From contig CAXHJY010000790.1 of NCBI GenBank assembly GCA_964016885.1, forward strand, positions 1-64,000: a stretch of 64,000 nt of DNA, given 5' to 3'. The DNA is from Eledone cirrhosa. Lineage: Eukaryota. Under the pieces are notes generated by a model. That model was not told where the DNA came from. It did no database searches and worked only from the letters and a program-made list of their open reading frames with translations. The position numbers and the translations under genes are program-made. Below are positions 61,560-64,000 of this stretch, piece by piece (position 1 is the stretch's first letter; the number at the start of each line of letters is the position of its first letter).

Positions 61560-61613
61560 TCTCTACCAATCGAAGCTGTAGCCGCAATATAGCAGCTAGT
61601 AATTAAATTGTTA

Positions 61614-61660
<47 letters not shown>

Positions 61661-62269
61661 CACACACACATATCTCTTTCTACGAAACTCAAAGACAGTA
61701 AATGTATATATACCTTTCTTTAGTTCAAACGTGTTTAGCTATTTAAAAAGACTGTGGTGCCTTTTACTTATTACCATATAGCATATTATTCTACCTAAGT
61801 CGTTTAGTGGATATTTATAACTAATCTTTTAGTTTCCAACGATACATATATTTCTGTGTTTGTTAAAATTATAATCCCTCTGTGTCCGCTTTTGAACATT
61901 CTCTCAAAAATATGGAACGTTGTTTTTGTCTTCTTTGTATATATTCTGTCTAGTTTAGAGAAAGCACTAAGCTTCTACATCAGATTACATATATATATAT
62001 ACATATATATATATATATGTATATATATACATATATATATATATGTATATATATACATATATATATATATGTATATATATATGTGTGTGTGTGTGTTAGT
62101 GTGTGTTTCTCTGTTTCTCTCTCTTTCCCTTTCTTTCTCTCTCTATCTCCATCGCTTTCTTTCTCTTTCTTTATCTCTTTCTTTCTTCCTCCCTCTCTTA
62201 ATATATACACATATATTTGCATATATATATATATATATATAATATAGATAGATATTTAGGCATATATGA

Positions 62270-62320
<51 letters not shown>

Positions 62321-62325
<5 letters not shown>

Positions 62326-62351
62326 ACCATCAATATTGAATATATAAATAC

Positions 62352-62401
<50 letters not shown>

Positions 62402-62427
62402 ACCATCAATATTGAATATATAAATAC

Positions 62428-62480
<53 letters not shown>

Positions 62481-62573
62481 AACACCATCAATATTGAATA
62501 TATAAATACATATAAATATATATATATATATATATATGTATATAAACACCATCAATATTGAATATATAAATAC

Positions 62574-62615
<42 letters not shown>
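62321..62615. repeat. Four copies of aaacaccatcaatattgaatatataaatacata separated by variable (TA)n
   Basis: Direct reading. Confidence 0.9.
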
Positions 62616-62617
<2 letters not shown>

Positions 62618-62825
62618 TTGTTTATGTGTATTTAAATATGTCTTAAGTAATACTCTAAAACTTAATATATCTGTGCTACATCTTCCAAAGTTTCTCTGTG
62701 TTATGCTATCTGTTTGTGTGTTATATAAACTCTGTCGGTCTGTTGTTTGGTGGATAAGGATATATATATATATGTTTGTATTACTCCTGCCTCGTTTAAC
62801 TCTGCTTATATATATATAATATGTA

Positions 62826-62859
<34 letters not shown>

Positions 62860-64000
62860 CAGTTAGGAAAGCAGAAAATTGCTTATTGTAATCCAGTTCG
62901 TGGCTAAGATAGCCGCTTTCTGGACGGTTTCCGACGTACAGTTAGGGGTAACTCCACAAGTTTGCAAGAATGTGGTTAGTAAATCACGTTCAATCTTGGA
63001 GTATAAAGAATAAAAGCGAAAACACAGGTAAGCATTAAAAAAAGGATTTTATCCAGGTATTTACGACCGTTTCATTGGTAAGCGCAACCTTATATCGCTA
63101 TACTGCAAATAGCAGCCACTCGATAATAACTGTTAGTCATTATTTTGAAAATTTGGAGGTGAATAAGTTACTTGTAAAAAGTTTTTAATATATAAAAAAA
63201 TATATTTTTTTGGAATCGTATTGACTAGTATAGAAAGAGAAGTTACTCTACTCAACAATAAAATCGAAAGATCAATTTATTGCAACCATAGACTTAAAGT
63301 AAAATGTTCGCACTACAAGTGCAAATCGAACCCTGAACCTCCTACTACCACCTGACAAACTGCATATACTTAGACTTTCTACCCTCTTATTGAATCTAGC
63401 CCTTTTAATTACCCACATTAACCAATACTTATGTCCCTCTCTTCTCCTTCATTCCTTTCCTTTTTTGTTCTCTTTTCTGTTCTTCTTTTTCCTCTTCCCC
63501 CCTTTTTTTTATATATATATATTTATCTCTCTATCTCCCCCCCCCTCTCTCTCTCTTACTATATATATATGTTTATATATATGGAAACTCTACTTCGGTG
63601 CTCAGTATTCTTTTTCTCTGAGCCATCAACCACACACACACACACTCGCACACGCACACGCACACACACACTAATCAATGAAAAAGTGTGAGTTTATTTG
63701 TAATCTACTGATTTTTATATATAACAGATGCCAACCACCCGACAGTATAAATTCGTACCGGAGTATAATTATTATATATATATGTGTGTGTGTATATGTA
63801 TATATATATATATTTGTGTATATGCGTATATGTATGTATATATTTGTGTATATGTGTATATATATATATATATGTATATGTATATATTTGTGTATATATA
63901 TGTATACAACGAATACAATTATTACTAATTTTTCAGTAGAACGAAATTTTTCTAATCCTCGGATTCATGCCCGATGTGTTCGGTCGTTATCGTTATAAAT

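Overview
Repeat-saturated, AT-rich eukaryotic DNA. The SINE sequences and microsatellite load suggest an octopus or other coleoid cephalopod (inferred). No host gene is supported, and almost all ORF-track entries are translated (TA)n/(CA)n/(GA)n or trinucleotide repeats. The one long genuine ORF (16921-19380, minus, 819 aa) is the RT + GIY-YIG protein of an intact, apparently very young Naiad-like Penelope retroelement (15230-22679). It sits in (TA)n and has a 1433-bp direct pseudo-LTR plus an inverted third copy. Each pLTR copy carries a minimal type I hammerhead ribozyme (HHR) with a variant CCGAAGA core and a palindromic CAGCTG stem III. Cleavage at the two tandem HHRs would release a 4193-nt unit RNA containing the whole ORF. 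Outside this element I read about 11 more HHR motifs with a complete core and several decayed ones. They lie in short non-coding elements of several families, embedded in (TA)n and often arranged as palindromes, and most families have their own self-complementary stem III. Also present: an L1/Tx1-like LINE whose copies are all flanked by (GATA)n, an internally deleted mariner, RTE-like fragments, a MITE, tRNA-derived SINEs and a 9-unit tandem array of tRNA-like SINE heads. All RNA structures were folded by eye and are untested.
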